A DNA stretch of 64,000 nt from Octopus sinensis (lineage: Eukaryota), in the NCBI RefSeq assembly GCF_006345805.1, contig NC_043016.1:30194001-30258000 (forward strand), read 5' to 3'. Below, piece by piece: positions 60,841 to 64,000 of this stretch. The number at the start of each line of letters is the position of its first letter. The first letter of the stretch is position 1. The translations under genes and the position numbers were made by a program. The notes below the pieces were generated by a model, which was not told where the DNA came from, ran no database searches, and saw nothing but the letters and a program-made list of their open reading frames with translations.

Positions 60841-61646
60841 CAAAATCAGCATCTTGAATTCTACTGAGCCAAACATCATTTCTTCTTTTACGTTTTGGTT
60901 CACTTTCTTCAGGTAAATTAGATTTTATATCACTTTTCTTGGTTCCATTTGTATCTTGTTCTTTACACTCAGATGACTCAACTACAAATTCTTCTAGAAT
61001 ATTTTCTTCACCATTTGGTTGAACAGAATTCTCTATTTTCTCTGCAACATCTATATTTTTTTCAGAATTTAAAACTGGAGAACTTAACAAATTACAAACT
61101 GGGACAACAGCAGCAGGCTGTTCTGATATTGTTGCGATTTCATCTTCAATACTAGAATCAATCAACTGTTCTTTTGCAAGTTCTTCTTTTGCAAGTTCTT
61201 CTTTTGCTGTTTCTTCTTTTACAGAGTCCTCAGCAGTGGAGGCATCGTCTTGGCAACCACCACTACCACCACCATCATCCTCATCACCATCATCATCATC
61301 ATCACTACCATTAGATATTGTAGTTCTTTTACACTCTTGGGAATGACTTTCATTAGAAACACTGCCAGACATAGCACGATCGTCTGCCTGGTAGTGTTGT
61401 AGGCTTATTAGTAATTCAGCTGTCTCTCCACTTTCCTGGTCAACCAATCTGGCCTGAGAACCAGTAGTAGAGAGATCCCAGTTTGGCTGTACCAGAGTCA
61501 CAGGTTCATTGCTGTACTGATCATGGTTTATGTTAGCCTCAGCTTTCACCTCGTGGCAACTTTCATTAATATTTTCAATCTGCACAGTAACCTTCTCACA
61601 AGGATCAATGCACTCTAAAAAATTGTTCTTCAACTCAAGTTTATTT
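60841..61646 (-). CDS. Internal acidic/low-complexity exon of a C2H2 zinc-finger protein gene
   Basis: Open frame of about 268 codons (D/E-rich, KEELA repeats, PKRKRR NLS-like motif). Acceptor ctattttcag before 61646. Donor G|gtaagt after 60841 is phase 1, compatible with the acceptor at 54666 (G|AG = Glu). Confidence 0.82.
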
Positions 61647-62080
61647 CTGAAAATAGATGGGAAATGGAATTAAAGATAATACAATCTGCCAAACTCAAAA
61701 CATAACAAATCCACTCAAAAGGGTTTGGTCGGCCTGATATTATAGTAAAAGACATAGGACTAAATCCAGAATCATGTGGTTGGGAGGCAAGTTTCTTACT
61801 ACGCAACCATGCCTGTATATGTATGTATGTTTGCGTATATATATATATATATAATAAAATATTAGGGAATAAATCCAAACTTACAGGGAAAAATCAGATT
61901 TAGGATTGAATCCAATTTTATAGTAAAATATTAAATTAGAGATTGTTTTACTCATTATCTTTTATTAAACTTTTAATACTTTTGATATATATTTAAAATA
62001 ATATAAATTAATTAATTTTATGTTTTGGCTTAAGTTTTTCATTGTTTGATTTGCCTAATAGTGGTTTTATCTCTAATTTA

Positions 62081-62120
<40 letters not shown>

Positions 62121-62739
62121 CAAGTATATCATTAATAATAAAATTAATAGTAGCTATTTGAAGCGTGAACCGTGCAAGCAAGTTTAAAAAATATGATGGT
62201 ACTGGAAGAGTGCCAGTTTTGCTAGAAATAGAAGTCAAATGATTTCAGAAGCCACAGAGATCTCACTTACAAAAACAGTGAGCCAAAACACACTCACTGA
62301 CAAATCACTCTCCCGTAACTCACCTTCCTAACATTCCCCCTCCCTACAACCCTGTGTTCACCACTCACTGCATTCCCCTCCCCACCTATCTTCCTTCAAC
62401 TTTCCTTTTTGCACTCTTACAAGCTTACCAACCAACTCACCCTATCCTATCCTCTGTATCATTTCATTTATATATATATACACCCCAACAACACATCTTC
62501 ATCGTCTTCTCTCTTTCTCTCTATTTCCCCTCTTTTCCCCAACAGGGGTACCTGTGAATCTCGTCAACTGCAAGGCTCCTTTTCCTGTACTTCTATTACA
62601 CACATATCCTGTCATGGGAAAATATTGCCTGGCTTGGAAACAAGTGATGGCTGGCAACAGGAAGGGCATCTGACAGTAGAAAACCTGCCTTAATAAACAT
62701 CTGGTCCATGCAAACATGGAGAAGTGGATGCTAAACCAC

Positions 62740-62960
62740 TGGTGGTAGTGTTGGTAGTGGTGGTGGTGGCATTGGTAGTGGTGGTGGTGTTGGCAGTGGT
62801 GATGTTGGCAGTGGTGGTGTTGGTAATGGTAGTGCTGGTAGTGGTAGTGTTGGTAGTGATGGTGTTGGTAGTGGTATTTTGGCAGTAGTGGTGTTGGCAG
62901 TGGTGGTGGCGTTGGCAGTGGTGGTGGTGTTGGCAGTGGTGGTGTTAGTAGTGGTGGTGT
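62740..62960. repeat. Degenerate GGTGGTGTTGGCAGT-type minisatellite
   Basis: Direct inspection. Confidence 0.8.
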
Positions 62961-63405
62961 GCATGTGTGTGTGTGAATGTTGACACCCTATTATCACTCT
63001 TCACCTGATACAAATCCACTTTCCTCAACAGTACAACTTACTCAGAGAGAGGAGTCTTGTCTGCAAGTTACTTTGAGACCTCACTACCAGTCTGGTGTTA
63101 CATAGAAAAGCACCTACTACACACTGTAAAGTAGTTGGTGTTAGGAAGGGCATCCAGTCATAGAAACCATGCCAAAATAGATAGTAGAAGCTGGCACAGC
63201 CTTCTGTCTCACCAGCTCTTGTCAAACTGTCCAGCCCATGCCAGCGTGGAAAGCAGATGTTAAATGATAATGATGCTGGCATGGTTGTGAAATTGAGAAG
63301 CTTCGTGAGGTGTCAGGTTCAATCCCACTGCTTGGCACCTTGGGCAAATATCTTCTACTGTAGTCCCAACCCGACTAAAGCCTTGTGAGTGAATGCCTGT
63401 TGGAA

Positions 63406-63443
<38 letters not shown>

Positions 63444-63655
63444 CTTTGTGTTGACATTTTGAGATGCTTGTAAATGAGCATCATTCAAGTGAGGCTGTTT
63501 GTTTCAAGTCTTCTGTAGCAAACATGTCTGATCACGAGAAGCATTAACTTACTTGGAAACAAGGTGAAAGCTGGTGACAGAAAGGGTATCTTTCTTTTGA
63601 CCACAATAAATTCTATGAGATCCATGCAAGCATGAAGAAGAGGATCACAATGATT

Positions 63656-63693
<38 letters not shown>

Positions 63694-64000
63694 CATCATC
63701 ATCATCGTTTAACGTCCACTTTTCTATGGTAGCATGGTTTGTACAATTTGACTGAAGACTGGCGAACCAGATGGCTGCACCAAGCTCCAGTCTTGATCTA
63801 GCAGAGTTTCTACAGCTGGATGCCCTTCCTATTGCCAACCACTCTTAGAGTGTAGTGGGTGCTTTTACATGCCACCGGCATGAGGGCCAGTCAGGTAGTA
63901 CTGGCAGCGGCCACGCTCAAATGGTATTTTTTACGTGCCACCTGCACAGTAGCTAGTCCAGTGGCACTGGCAATGACCTTGCTCAAATGTTTTTTCACAT

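Overview
AT-rich eukaryotic DNA, dense in microsatellites and transposons. The repeat landscape suggests an octopus (coleoid cephalopod) genome; this is inference from recalled repeat families, not a database match. There is one 100-N scaffold gap (19736-19835). Two spliced host genes are visible, both on the minus strand, and the ORF track captures them only partly. (1) A receptor guanylyl cyclase / natriuretic-peptide-receptor-like gene: a signal-peptide/ANF-receptor exon at 23177-23397, kinase-homology exons at 10986-11159 and 9332-9436, and probably a juxtamembrane exon at 11537-11644. Most ectodomain exons are not visible. (2) A multi-C2H2 zinc-finger gene: an acidic exon at 60841-61646 spliced in phase to a last exon at 53671-54666, which carries a 1-nt frameshift. 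The rest is mainly mobile DNA: RTE, Tx1/L1-like, R4/Dong-like and Penelope-like retroelements, three tRNA-headed SINE families, mariners, piggyBac-like and foldback MITEs, and Helitrons. The observations most worth checking are: RTE-tail insertions whose 5' junctions carry copies of nearby genomic DNA; hammerhead-ribozyme motifs in Penelope-type terminal repeats; a SINE tail shared with the Tx1-like LINE in the same window; and a SINE target-site duplication that duplicates a splice donor. I found no evidence for a wholly new biological system. Almost all other ORFs in the track are microsatellite artefacts.
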